From the NCBI GenBank assembly GCA_009103225.1, contig RHPI01003124.1, forward strand, positions 62,001 to 126,000: a DNA stretch of 64,000 nucleotides, written 5' to 3'. Within the stretch, counting starts at the first letter, position 1. Every line of letters starts with the position of its first letter. Of the stretch, positions 22,357-33,937 are shown piece by piece. This stretch comes from Chlorokybus atmophyticus (lineage: Eukaryota > Plantae > Mesostigma and Chlorokybus algae). The notes beneath the pieces are model-generated. The model ran no database searches, was not told where the DNA came from, and saw only the letters and a program-made list of their open reading frames with translations. A program made the position numbers and the translations under genes.

Positions 22357-25300
22357 TCATTTAAGGAACGGTTCTAGGTTTTTGAGCTCCAGGATGCCAT
22401 CAACCAGCTTGTTGTCTCTCAAAAAGTTATCATACAGGTCTTTGATGATCGCGCTGCAACCGTTAGCCACATCCGATTCGACATTAAGCGGCAACAAGGG
22501 ATCATGCAAGGATTGCCGCAGCAACACCCACCCTTCCTTGCCATCGCCTTCATCCACGCGCACCCGCCAACCCTCATAGTTCTCGTCTTCTAAATGCCAG
22601 TGTGGCAACTTCCCTGATTATGTGACAGATGCAGGTGTCAGTCAAATGTTGTGCCATAAAAGTACAAATGGCAGCCTGCAACATGTACCTGACGCAGCAA
22701 AATCACGGAAGGCAGCCACAATGGCACCGCCAGGGGACTGGAAATCAGGTCTCGGGATCATGTTCAGCCGCACTTCGGTTTCATCTGCTGGGGACTGCAT
22801 TGTGGCTATGGCTTCACCTGAACACGCAAGCAATAAACACAAACTATCAGGCAACGCAACAGGCATAACCCGTTTTGTGCCAGTAGATACACATGTGCTT
22901 ACCTATGCGTCCCTGGCCCGCCAGCGATCTCCGCACCATCTCAACAACTAACTTGAGGGCCAAGTAGGCCCCGTCGTCGAGGAAATAGTTTTCCCTCATG
23001 GCGCCGTGGCCGGACGTTTCAACCATCAGCGGCACGTCAACGCCCTGCTTGTTCAACTCAATGCCCTGCCAACCAAACCCTGTGCTTAGGCGTGCAGTAT
23101 ACTGTTGCACATGCGATGGCGGGACAAACATCCTCGTAAAAACATGCCACTGAAACACCACGCGGGGAAACAAAGTGTGTACACATGGATACAATACAAT
23201 CTGCATGCACTCAGCCCTCGCACCTTGTCGATGATGTTCTTATAGCCCTTGCGGTACCGCAAGAGCGTGCCGCCTTGTTCAGCGACAAACTTGATGAGAC
23301 CGTTGCTGACGACCGAATCAGATACAATTGTGGCTCCCGGGTTTTCTCTGCAGCCAACTGTGGGTGAGGCTGATTTGTGTTTGCTTCTGATGAAGGAACA
23401 TAACAAGAAAGCCAAACAGTGAGCTTCGACCAGGCTGACTTTAGCACGATCGTGGCGAGGACGCCAATCAGGTAGTTGCGGTTGAGCTCAGACCCGTCAA
23501 AGTCCACGCAACCGCTTCGGTCCACATCGGTGTCCAACACTATGCCCAGATCCGCCTTGTGCTTGAGTACTGCTTCCTTCTGCAATAATAGGCTGTGCTT
23601 AGGGTAGCACACCAGTTGTGTTCAAGCTGGGTTCTAATAATTGCTAGAAGCAATAACTTGTTGTGAACACACGTGCTGCAACATGGAGTGTTATCTTAAC
23701 AGTTTATGTGTGTGTGCCGCCCAAATGGCAAGCCGCCTTGACTTTTAGCCCATGGAGTTGTCCAGATACATGTTGGGGCACGTAACAACAAGCCCGTCAG
23801 CATCAAGCGGCTCACCGTCATCTCAATAGCCTTCTTGTCTTCCGGGTTGGGCACATGGTTGGGAAAGCTGCCATCCTGAAAAGGCAGACATGATTGGTGT
23901 CAACAGTGACCACCAGATGAAACACGCCCACCAAGTAATGCAGAGTCTTCCTACTTACCGGGTCAAGGAACTGCGAGCCGGTTGTGTCTGCGCCCAAAGG
24001 CTGAAGCACGGCGTCTGCGATGAACCCGCCGGAGCCGTTGCCGGCATCCACGAGGATGTGGAAGCCCTCGAGCGGCCGGTCGTAGTTGGTTGGATGGTTG
24101 ATGCCCTTCTTGATCACATCCTGCAGCTGCAGGCACAAACAACTATCAGCACAGGCATATGACACAAATGTTGGACACCGTCAAATCTGGTCACCACAAA
24201 ATATGAAGTATAAGTGTGTCAGAAATAACATAACAAGATTTTTCAACCACCACATGACCCCAAGCAAGTAGCTTAAAGCACAAGTGAAACTGCCTAGGCA
24301 ATGCAACATATGGCAACATATGGCAGTTACCTGCTTGGCATAGACAGGCAGGAAGTCTCTTTCATCCACCAAACTAGATGGAGGCTGTTTCTCAAGTAAC
24401 GACGGGAGCTCGACTGACGAAGCAGCTGCGCGCTTGAGGATGTCCGATATGTCTCCTTTGTTGGTGCCACCCTGAAAGAGTGAAGTGGTAACTAAAACTT
24501 CTTTGTTTATGCATATATAACGCACGACATCATGCGTTAGCTCGCGGCACATCGCCAAACCTTACCTCAGGGGTGAAGAACTTGAGGCCATTGCGATTGT
24601 AAGGCAGATGTGAAGCTGTCAGCATGATTGCACCATCGTAGTTCCAGGCCTCCGTCACTGTGCATGCAAACACGTTGTCTAGTTACGAGCTATTGTAATC
24701 CAAGCCAGATAATCGCCTCTTTCAGACTCGTGACAGAAGCAGCACCGTTCGCACGCACGTGACCGCACATGTGCGCGCACCATGCCTGCACGCATGCCTG
24801 CATGTCGATGCGAGTACATGTAATTGTGCAGGCTTGCGCGCTGTGCCAGCACATGACTCACACAAGCGCATGTGCGCATACACCCACATGCATGTACACC
24901 CGCACGCACAAACACACACCACGCTTGGGTGTGCACACATGGGCACACTGCCGTACCTGTAGACATGAACATGGCAGGTGTTGTGCATAGCGCAAAGTCC
25001 GTAACGTGCACGCCCAAGCTGGTGAGGCCTTTTACCACAGCATCCTGCATCACAACAACACCAGAACACATATGCCCTCAATCCCACCCGACCAACCTGT
25101 TGCAAACATTGACAACACCCTGCCTTGAACAAAATATATAATATACCTTGAGTGCAGGACCGGATATGCGCGGGTCGTTGCCAACGGAGACCTTCAGCTG
25201 CTGTTCTGAAGCCTTTCCACTCTGAGCCCGCCTCTTCTCACGAAGCCACCCGATATATCCACGTGCAATGTGGCCCGCTGACTCGGGAGTCAGGTTCACC

Positions 25301-26546
25301 GGCTGGTTTGGGACACCCTCCACGGCCACTCCGCGCACATCGGACCTGTACAACAGATAAGTTGGGTTGTACGCACGGCAACTGCGGTTGAGTACGCAGT
25401 GGTTGCAAAGAACTGGATGGTAAACACACACTTGCATACGCACACATGTGTGCATGCACGTGTGTTTTCTTGGTTCATCACTGATGTTGAAATTGTACCC
25501 TCAAGTGTAATGCAACCAACCTATGCATGTCTAGCAAGCGGGCAACTGCTTGCATGAGCAGTGAATACTGAAGTGAGGTATTGACGATATCAAGTTGTTT
25601 GTGCTCTTGTCGCCACTCACCCATTTTGCAAGTGTTTGTAAGCTTCTGCAACATCCTTTGGCACGTCAACTTCTTTGACAGCGGATCCTGCTGCTGCCTG
25701 CGCCCGCGGCGCTGATGCTCGCAACCCACCTGCGCACATTCGGTGGGGTTAAGACATGCATGCTTCTGCTTTCTGTGCTGCGTTGTCGTGTGCATGAATG
25801 TAATGATGTTGCACAAAGCTGTTGAGCACCAACTGGTGCATGCGCAATGCACGCCATGAAGCAGAGCAGTCCACTGAATCATGGCATTGGCTCTGTGATT
25901 GGATGCACTGCATAACAGGCATCGGAGGGATAGCTGAGCTAGGGTGAGCTGGGCTGGGCTGGGCTGAGCTGAGCTGAGCTGAGCTGAGCTGCCTGCGTAC
26001 GACAGTCACAGAGCATGCAGCAGCTTGACAGTCCTGTGTACTTTAGCTTTGTAAGCATGTAATAACCCATGTAATAACCCAACCATGCTTGATGTGCAAG
26101 CCTGCTAGCTGCGTGCAACAGCATTCCCAGAGCAAGCTCGCCTTGACCATTATGTAGTACAGTGCAGCGCGCGGCCCCATGCTTAATGTGTGAAATGGCG
26201 TGTTGTTCAAACTCTTTCGTTTCAGATCGTTGCCATAGTGTGTCGGTGAGATTGTGGTAATGTGTCAGATGGTGAGTGTACGCTTTGCACGTCCGTGCAT
26301 GGATGATGATGATGCCCATTGCGTGGTTGTGCACCACGCATGCTCACCCGTGCTGCTTCTCAGCTGTGGCCTGGTGCTTGCTCGCAGCGGTACAAGCCTG
26401 GCGGCGTTAGAGCTGGTCAAGCCAGATCGGCGTTGCCCGTCGGTATGTGGCTGCGCAGCGCCTGCGGCGGCGGCAGCAGCAGAGGGTAGGCGCCAAGCGG
26501 CGGAGGAACCGGCCTGAAGCACCAACGCGCTCGCAGCCATCACCAT
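22357..26546 (-). CDS. Alpha-D-phosphohexomutase (phosphoglucomutase/phosphomannomutase-like), probable plastid transit peptide
   Basis: Exons give an Ala/Ser/Arg-rich N-terminus, LQNGSDVRGVAVEG, VSVGNDPRISG, TTPAMFMST, ASHLPYNRNGLKFFT, VDAGNGSGGF, GSQFLDPDGSFPNHVPNPED, DLGIVLDTDVDRSG (metal-binding DxDxDR), IVSDSVVSNGL, ETSGHGA, and GWVLLRQSLHDP. Stop at 22357. Confidence 0.92.
25932..25991. repeat. Pentamer tandem repeat (GAGCT/GGGCT)n in PGM-like intron 1
   Basis: agctgagctagggtgagctgggctgggctgggctgagctgagctgagctgagctgagctg, about 12 units. Confidence 0.9.
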
Positions 26547-26941
26547 CGCCTCTCAGTGAGCCACTCCGCCCTGCTCCCTCTCGTCCCCCCCCTCCCCCTC
26601 CACAGTCACCGCCCCCGCCGCCCCTGCCTAACAAGCAAGCACACGGCCACCGCGCCTGCATGCAGCTAACGCAGCTGCCCGTGTACCGGTTCATGACCGT
26701 GAGAACCGGCCGCCGTTTGACCGACCCATTCACAACTGCGGCCACCACCACAGCACAAGTTCGCCCCCAAACCGGTTCGCGTTAGGTTAGGCCTATTGCT
26801 TGGCCGTTTGCACTGTGGCATGCATGCAAGAGTCCGCATGGCTGCGGGTGTAGCCGTGGGTAGGCGTGGACAACGACGGTGTGGGCGTTGGTGGGGTCAA
26901 AGACGTCGTAGGAGGTACCCAGGTCTGGTTCAGCAGCTGCG

Positions 26942-27349
26942 ATGGTGACGGCGGTTTGGCCTGTGCTGCGGTACGCCGACGCCCCTGCGGCTATCCGCTT
27001 CCTGGTGGAGGCGTTCGGCTTCCAGAAGGCGGCTGTGTTCGCCAGCAGCGCCAAGGAGGAGGGCGGCAGCGGTGAGGACTTCATCGACCACGCCCAGCTC
27101 AACTGGCCCAAGGGCGGCGGGATTATGCTGGGCAGCGGGCGCCCCGGGGGCGTCCTGGCTAATTATCCCACCGGCGTCGGTGCCGTCTACCTAGTCACGG
27201 ACCAGCCGGATGAGCTCTACGCACGCGCCACCGCCGCCGGCGCACTAGTCGTTACAGCACCCAAAGACCAGCACTTTGGGTCACGGGACTTCACCGTCAA
27301 GGACCCTGAGGGAGTCATCTGGACCTTTGGCACCTATGCAGGCGAATGA
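26942..27349 (+). CDS. VOC (glyoxalase/bleomycin-resistance) family protein, single coding exon, bacterial-type
   Basis: 135 aa ORF: VWPVLRYADAPAAIRFLVEAFGF...HAQL.W..GGGIMLG...VYLVTDQPDELYARATAAGA.V...P.DQ.FGSRDFTVKDPEGVIWTFGTY. This is a complete paired beta-alpha-beta-beta-beta VOC signature. Confidence 0.9.
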   Translation: MVTAVWPVLRYADAPAAIRFLVEAFGFQKAAVFASSAKEEGGSGEDFIDHAQLNWPKGGGIMLGSGRPGGVLANYPTGVGAVYLVTDQPDELYARATAAGALVVTAPKDQHFGSRDFTVKDPEGVIWTFGTYAGE

Positions 27350-28409
27350 CATCCTTCAAGAGGTAAGCAATACATTGCATGCATGCACTATCTTTCAGAC
27401 GTACATCAGACGTACATTAAGCTCGTCGTTGCTATGCATGCAGACTGGCTTGTAGTCTCGTGACAGCATGAGGGGGCTTTGCTTTCTTATATCTGCCACT
27501 CGTGCACGCACCTAATCATCATCAGCGTTTCTGTCAGCTCAAATATGGTGTTTTGTCACTTCGCGCATAACACTTTTTGCGTGCGTGTGTTCAGATATCA
27601 ATTTCGTTGAGAGTGTCATCCATACGTGGTGCCGTGGTGCACCTGACTTCGCCCTTTATGTACAGCTCGTCTTCCTTCGACATTGTCTCAGTATACAAAT
27701 ATACACGCGCACTTTGTATCCATTCCATAGCATGGAACAGGGTTAGACTTTATGCTGTCGGCCTGCCAACAGTCGTTGGCCAGAGCAGTAGTAATACTTT
27801 TATGAATGTGCTTTTTCTTGCACAAGATACTGTGCAGATAGTCACAACTGGATTTGCCGCTTGGCAGACATGTTAGCATAGCATATGAAGCTTAAATCCA
27901 AGTTGTGCTAAACTCACACAACGCCAGCAGCCAGGCACAAGCAAGCAGAGCAGAGCAAACATGTTGATCCAGCGTTGTGTTGCTATTAACAAAGTCAGTC
28001 TGCACACTTTTGCTATAATGCCATCCATGTTCCTCATGCACACCCGACCACAGTCTATGTGTTTGCTGCGAGCTATACTGCGCACCACAACTATTCTAGG
28101 TCACTGTTTGGATCACTCGCCACAAGTCACGGTGACTGCAACAATGTGGGCTGGCGAATTGCTGCCTTCAGGCACGAGGTTCAAGGTTTTGTTTGGATGC
28201 AACAAAATAAGTGCCAACATTAGCATGCGCGCGCTCAGTGGTGTGCGCAGCTTGCATCTCTCCGGACCGTAAGCTGCAACACTAAGTTGTTTAGGAATCA
28301 GCATTCTACCTGTCTAACCCGCCTCGGAGTCAACATTGAACGTACGCAACAAACACACCGTTACTCCACAACTGCACCAAACCAAGGAAATGCTCCCAAA
28401 AGCTCCTGG

Positions 28410-31400
28410 CTAGCACAACTCACTGACAGCCATCTCGGTTTCCTCGCGTGTTGCCAACACCTTCACCTTGACCACACCCTTCTCCCACTCGTCTTTGCCT
28501 ACCATAATTAACCTTGATGCGCCACACCTGTCTGCATACTTGAACACCCTGTGATAAACGACGCACTCGCGTCGGTCAGCTGTTTGTCTTCCATTTGAGC
28601 GAGATTCAACATCATCAGCATGCGTTAGTTATACCATTTCAGGCGTTTGTCTTCCAGGACAAAATCCACAGTGCGGCCTGCAGCTCTCAACCTCGAGGCA
28701 ATGCCGGCCGCCTCCTTGCGCAGAGTGGAATCCAACGTGACAAGCAAGTCGTCCACGGCGGGAGGCAGCATGGGGAGCAGACCCTTGTCCTTGAGCAACT
28801 GCGCACACACAAAAAACTGGGTAAGACACTGTCACCAACAGACAGATGCAATGCTCAAAATGGCCAGAGGCGCTAGTATGACTACATTACCTCTACAATC
28901 ACGGCGTCTCCAAAGCCAAAGCCGCACGCTGGCGTGTCTCCGCCGCCATATGTGGCGAGCAATTTGTCGTATCGGCCTCCGCCGCATATCGCACGCAGCT
29001 CTGCTTTGCGGTCGAATGCCTGAGCAGCAACCCTTGTGTCACAACCAAAACAACAACTGACACACAGCTGATAAGAGAGTATGACACTGCACACGCACCT
29101 CAAACACAGTGCCGGTGTAGTAAGCCAACCCGCGCACAACAGATGCGTCAAACTGAAGCCAGTCCCTGAAGCCATAGCCTTCAGCGAGGGCAAACAGCTG
29201 CTTCAACTCAGCCACAGCAAGACTTTCTGCCCCCAAAAGCCCTGCGGTGCAAACACCGTTCAGCTGCTTCTACCGTCCACCATGACATGCGCCCAAGGGT
29301 CTGTTGCAAGCAACACCCACCCACCTTCAAGGTCTTCTAGTGTCCGCAATGACATGGCGTTCAGAATGCCATCAATCGCATCCGCCGGCACTGCGAGCTG
29401 TGCGAGCTCGGCCTGCACTTGCTCGCGAGGGAGTTTCTCAATCTGCAAAGCAACACTGCTGCATTGACTCACAGCAACAGGCAGCAGCTTGCTAATGCAT
29501 AATGTGCTGCAAAAGCATGCACTGTCGTACCTTGTCTACAATGACGCAGACCGCAGCAAAAGACTCCGGAGGTATGTTGAAGTTGTCAAGCACGGCTTGA
29601 AGGACCTGAGGAAAGGAGCACATGCTGAGAGTAAAGTGGCAGCGAATAACAGGGTGTTACACAAGCTACCTACCCACCTTTCTGTTGGAAACACGGATGC
29701 CAATGTCTTGTGAACTCAATCCCACTCTTGTGAAAAATGTAGTGATGGCTGCTAGCAGCTCCGCCTCAGCCTGCTCTGCAAGTAATAGGTAGTGTTGCTA
29801 CAGCATGTGCGTATGACTGCGCTCAGTGCATGTGCATGCTAGTTGAACTTTGTTACCACTGGGTGTGTATGTCAACGTGTGTGTATGCGAGCATGGGCGT
29901 GTGTGCATGTGCATGCGCGTGCGTGGTGTGTGTGCTTGCATGGGTGCGTGGGTGGGTGCATGCACGCGTGTGTACAAACGCGCACAGCATGGGGGTGTGT
30001 GCATGCAACCATCAGTGTCCATTGGACTTGCATCCCACGATTGGCGGCCTTTATGCGTGTACAGATGGTAGCAAGCACTGTGCATGTACCTCAACACCCG
30101 GCACCCCAATAACATCCATGTTCCACTGGTAGTGCTCCCGTCTTCGCCCGCGAGTCATGCGCTCATACCGCCAGCATTGCCCGATGGCAAACCATTTGAC
30201 CGGCGGTGGCAAACCCTGACTGTACACACGATTGTTGAGAAAAGCACTGCGGTGATGAGAACAGGAGACTGCAAAGAGCCAAAGTGTTACCCTTTCTGCA
30301 ACACTATGCGCGCAAGTGAAGGAGTCAGCTCCGGCCGCAAAGCCATGCGACGACCGCCCTTATCTTCAAAGTTGTAAAGCTGCCATGCGCACAACACGAA
30401 CGAGTTGTTGGATGCCAGTCGTCGTTGGGCTGTGAGAAGTTTAAAAGCATGAGTACACTTACCTGTGTGACAATCTCCTCACCGGCCTTACGCGTGAAGA
30501 GCTCCTCTGATTCCAATACAGGAGAGTCATATTCCTCAAAACCGAACAGACGGGAAACCTGTATGCAAAGTGGTGTTTGAGGACATGCGTGTGCGAATGC
30601 GGGGTTGCATGTTGCCAAATGCACAGTTACGTGTGCATGCACGTGAATATGTACCCTTGAATCACCTCACGGAAATGGCCAAACAGCCACATGCGCAGAC
30701 GCATGTCCTCGGGTGGGAAGTCCCGCGTGCCTCTCGGTGGGTTCACATCGAATGGCGCGGCTTTGGGTTGCGACGGTGGTCCCGCCTCACTCGGCTTGCG
30801 ATCTGCCTGTGTCATTGGATTTAACAACATCAATATCTGGCAATGTACTCTACTATGAATTAAAGCTCAGTCCTTGAGTCGCGCAGGTCACAATGCAGAT
30901 GTTTACTGCTGCGGTTTAGCGCAGGCATGCACAGCCTAGCCAAACTGCGTGCATGACATTTTCAGCGAATGTGCACAGCAATGCACCAAGGCCTTGGTCT
31001 TTAAATAGTATAAAATAATATGACTAGTACAGCATAATATGATTTGTATTATGCTGTTACGAAGGTGGCATTGCAGCTGCAATACCTACATGCATGACAG
31101 CGGCAATGCTACAGGCATTGCATGTTCGCAGGTCATTAAATGCCAACAACATTGTAGTACTATCGCTTCGCCGCATGCTGAGTAGTCAGTGCACCAACAA
31201 AGCACCAGAATACCGCATTTGCAATACCAAGCAGAATTGCATACTCATGCAGCTGCGTCATCACATGGCATGAATGCAACGGTGATGGTGAGAGGACTCA
31301 TCAATCAAACCCGCAATGGAAGCTTCGTACAATGGTAAACAGGAATGGTTTGCAGTGGTAACAATCAACGGCACTGTTAGCTACCAACCTGCACTCCAGC

Positions 31401-31580
31401 ACTTGCGCTAGCTGCGGCTTTCAAGCGCCTGGACGTCGTCGAGCTCCGCAGCGACAAAGAAGGTAGCGCATTGAGCCTGAAACTCCCGTGCAGCAACAGG
31501 TGCGTCGCCGTAGAGGAGGAGGAGGCAGACAACGCCCGCCACGTGGCCGGAGACGCCGCCACCACCGCCGCCGCCGCCAT
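28410..31580 (-). CDS. hisS: Histidyl-tRNA synthetase, organellar (chloroplast/mitochondrial), multi-exon
   Basis: Transit-peptide-like exon 1, then [77 protein letters not shown], and [26 protein letters not shown]...SELC* (TAG 28410-28412). Confidence 0.95.
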
Positions 31581-31964
31581 GCGCGCTCACTTGCTCAACA
31601 CGTGGCAGCAGATGAAGCCCTAATGCTTGTGCGAGCTTGTGTGGAGCGCTTGTGCGCAGTGCTTGTGCGGCTTGTGTGCAAGGGCGTCACGTGACGTCGC
31701 CCGGGCCACGAAGCCAGGCCGCTGCGGACCAGACCAGGCCACAGACCAGACCAGACTAGGCCAGGCCAGAAAAGGAGGCCGAAACGCTAAGACGAACTGC
31801 CCACAAGTCGCAGACTAGTGCAACCTGCTCTGGCTTGGAGGCTGGTCAGGTCTGACTTGGTCTGATCTGCCGACTTGATCTAGTCTGGCCTGGTCTGTGT
31901 TGGATGGTATGGCTTAGTGATCAAGGAACGTATTATTCATATATACATAGGCTACTAGTCAGTG

Positions 31965-33736
31965 ATGGAGGATGAGAGTGGCTTTGAAGATCAGGAATAC
32001 CAGCAAGAGGATATCGTTGGGAACGCGAGTCAAAGGGTTGAGGTAGAGGTTGAGGAGCGTGGGAGTGTAGGAAGAGAAGAGGAGAAGCCAAGTCCAAGCG
32101 GGAGATCAGTCTACCTGCAGGAGTATGAGGCGCAGAAGTCTAACCCTCGACACACTCCCAGATCTGCTAGAACGTAAGTCACCGAATGCGACTGAACGTG
32201 TGCATACGCTGTACTCAGGACATACACGTGTCCAGACTCCTTTCTAAGGTTGGATCGGGCTTCTACTTTTCCTACGTCGTGATGGTTGCTCGAGTATGTT
32301 GACTACACGAATGCAAGTTCATGACAGCAGAGACATTGTCTTGTGTATCAACTGAACATAAGACATGGCGAGTGTCTGGAGTACTCGTATATACATTGCA
32401 GAAGTACACGGGTACTGTATAGAGGGACTGTCTGACTGTGGGTCTCACATGAGCAAACACTAGTGTTAAAAACGCGTAGTGATTGTAACTCTACCTGGCC
32501 TGTAGACATGCTATCTCACCAAGTCAACAACTGGCACTCTCATGCGGAGCAAATTTGGTTGACAACCTTGCTGCCTTCACTGTAGCACCACACACACAGT
32601 GAGTCTACACGTCTCTGTTGGTGTGGAATCGCAGGGTGGTCCATGTCTTCCAATCAAGCGTTATCAGTTCACCACTTTGTGGACTGCGGTTTCGGTTGCA
32701 ATGGGAGCTTGATTGAATGTGCCAACATTTCGTGTGTTGTTGCAGGCGTTTCAGCGAGTCTGACGCATACAGGTCGGGAGATGGTGTTCATGGGACGAGG
32801 GGTGGAGGAGGGTGGGATGATGTTGGTGGAGGAGGCCAGGAATTGCTGTTTCTCGAGGACGATAGCACGCCTTTGGGAGGGTGGGGAGAAGATGAGAGGC
32901 TCACAGCTGCAGCCGCTGCTGCGCTCAACAGCCACAAACCAACAATGAGGAGAGCAATGTCGAGGCAGGAATTAGCTTCCAATGGTGACACAACCATCTC
33001 TCTGAAGCAGCGGCCGGCTTCTGCTGCAGCTGAGGTGGTGGCGAGGTTGAGCCGGCGGGTGTCATGTCCAGCAAATGTTCCTTGTCCCACCACCAGCAAC
33101 ATGAGCAGTCTCGCTGGTAACGCGAGGACTCTGACACTCACAGGTCCACATACGCCGCCCTCGCCAAAGACGTCTCCCCACGTACAGCTTTTCTCCCCGA
33201 ACCCAACATCTACGCCACCCGTTGGCATGCCGTTGGTGTTGGCTCGTGGCATCGGGCGGCCGAAAGTAGCAGACAGCACCTCGTCCTGCTTGCCACCAAT
33301 GCCGCCCACTTCGCCAAGGACAAGGCCAATAAGCAGCAGCAGCCCGCCAGCCTCTCCGAGGCGTCTTTACGAGGCACTCCTAACAACAACAAAGTCACCG
33401 CACCCAACGTACACGCACAACAACATCGACCCAACCAGTTTTATAGGCGTACCTGTCGGCCGCATCCGCCCGCTGAGGAAGAGGGGCGCAGGGCCACACA
33501 TGGTTCCTAAGGCAAGCCCGCCGGTGCTTGGAGTTGTTGGTGTGGGCGTGGGCGTGCCAAGCCCGGCCAGCTCATACGGGAGCTCTAGCCTCGGGCTCGG
33601 GGAGGAGTCAGAAGGGAGCTTGGACACGTACACGCCTCCGTGGCAACGGTGGCAGATGCAGCCGCAGGCATTGGCGCTCAAGGATGATGACAACGAGTTG
33701 GGCATAGCCAGTTGGGGGAGACTAAGGCAGGCATGA
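31965..33736 (+). CDS. Hypothetical low-complexity (acidic N-terminus, Ser/Pro-rich) protein, two exons
   Basis: Exon 31965-32173 (MEDESGFEDQEYQQ...) ends in a phase-2 GTAAGT donor. It matches the phase-2 TGCAG acceptor at 32745, which opens a 330-codon exon ending at TGA 33736. Confidence 0.55.
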
Positions 33737-33937
33737 TGCACTGTTGTGCCACTTGAGTTGTGTGTTATACATAGAGTTACATAGGTATGTCATGGGACAC
33801 AAGTCAATCACACGCACAGTACTGTACCAAAATAGAGCCACATAATCTGGTCAACTGCAAGATCCGAATGGCTGTTGGTGCTTATTCTGTTACAGACAAC
33901 ATACAGTAGTAGTGTACAAGCAATGTGCCACCAGCTG

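Noticed and set aside
26942-27349. VOC gene as bacterial contamination
   Set aside because: It is contiguous with eukaryotic genes on both sides, with host-like flanks and a splice donor after the stop.
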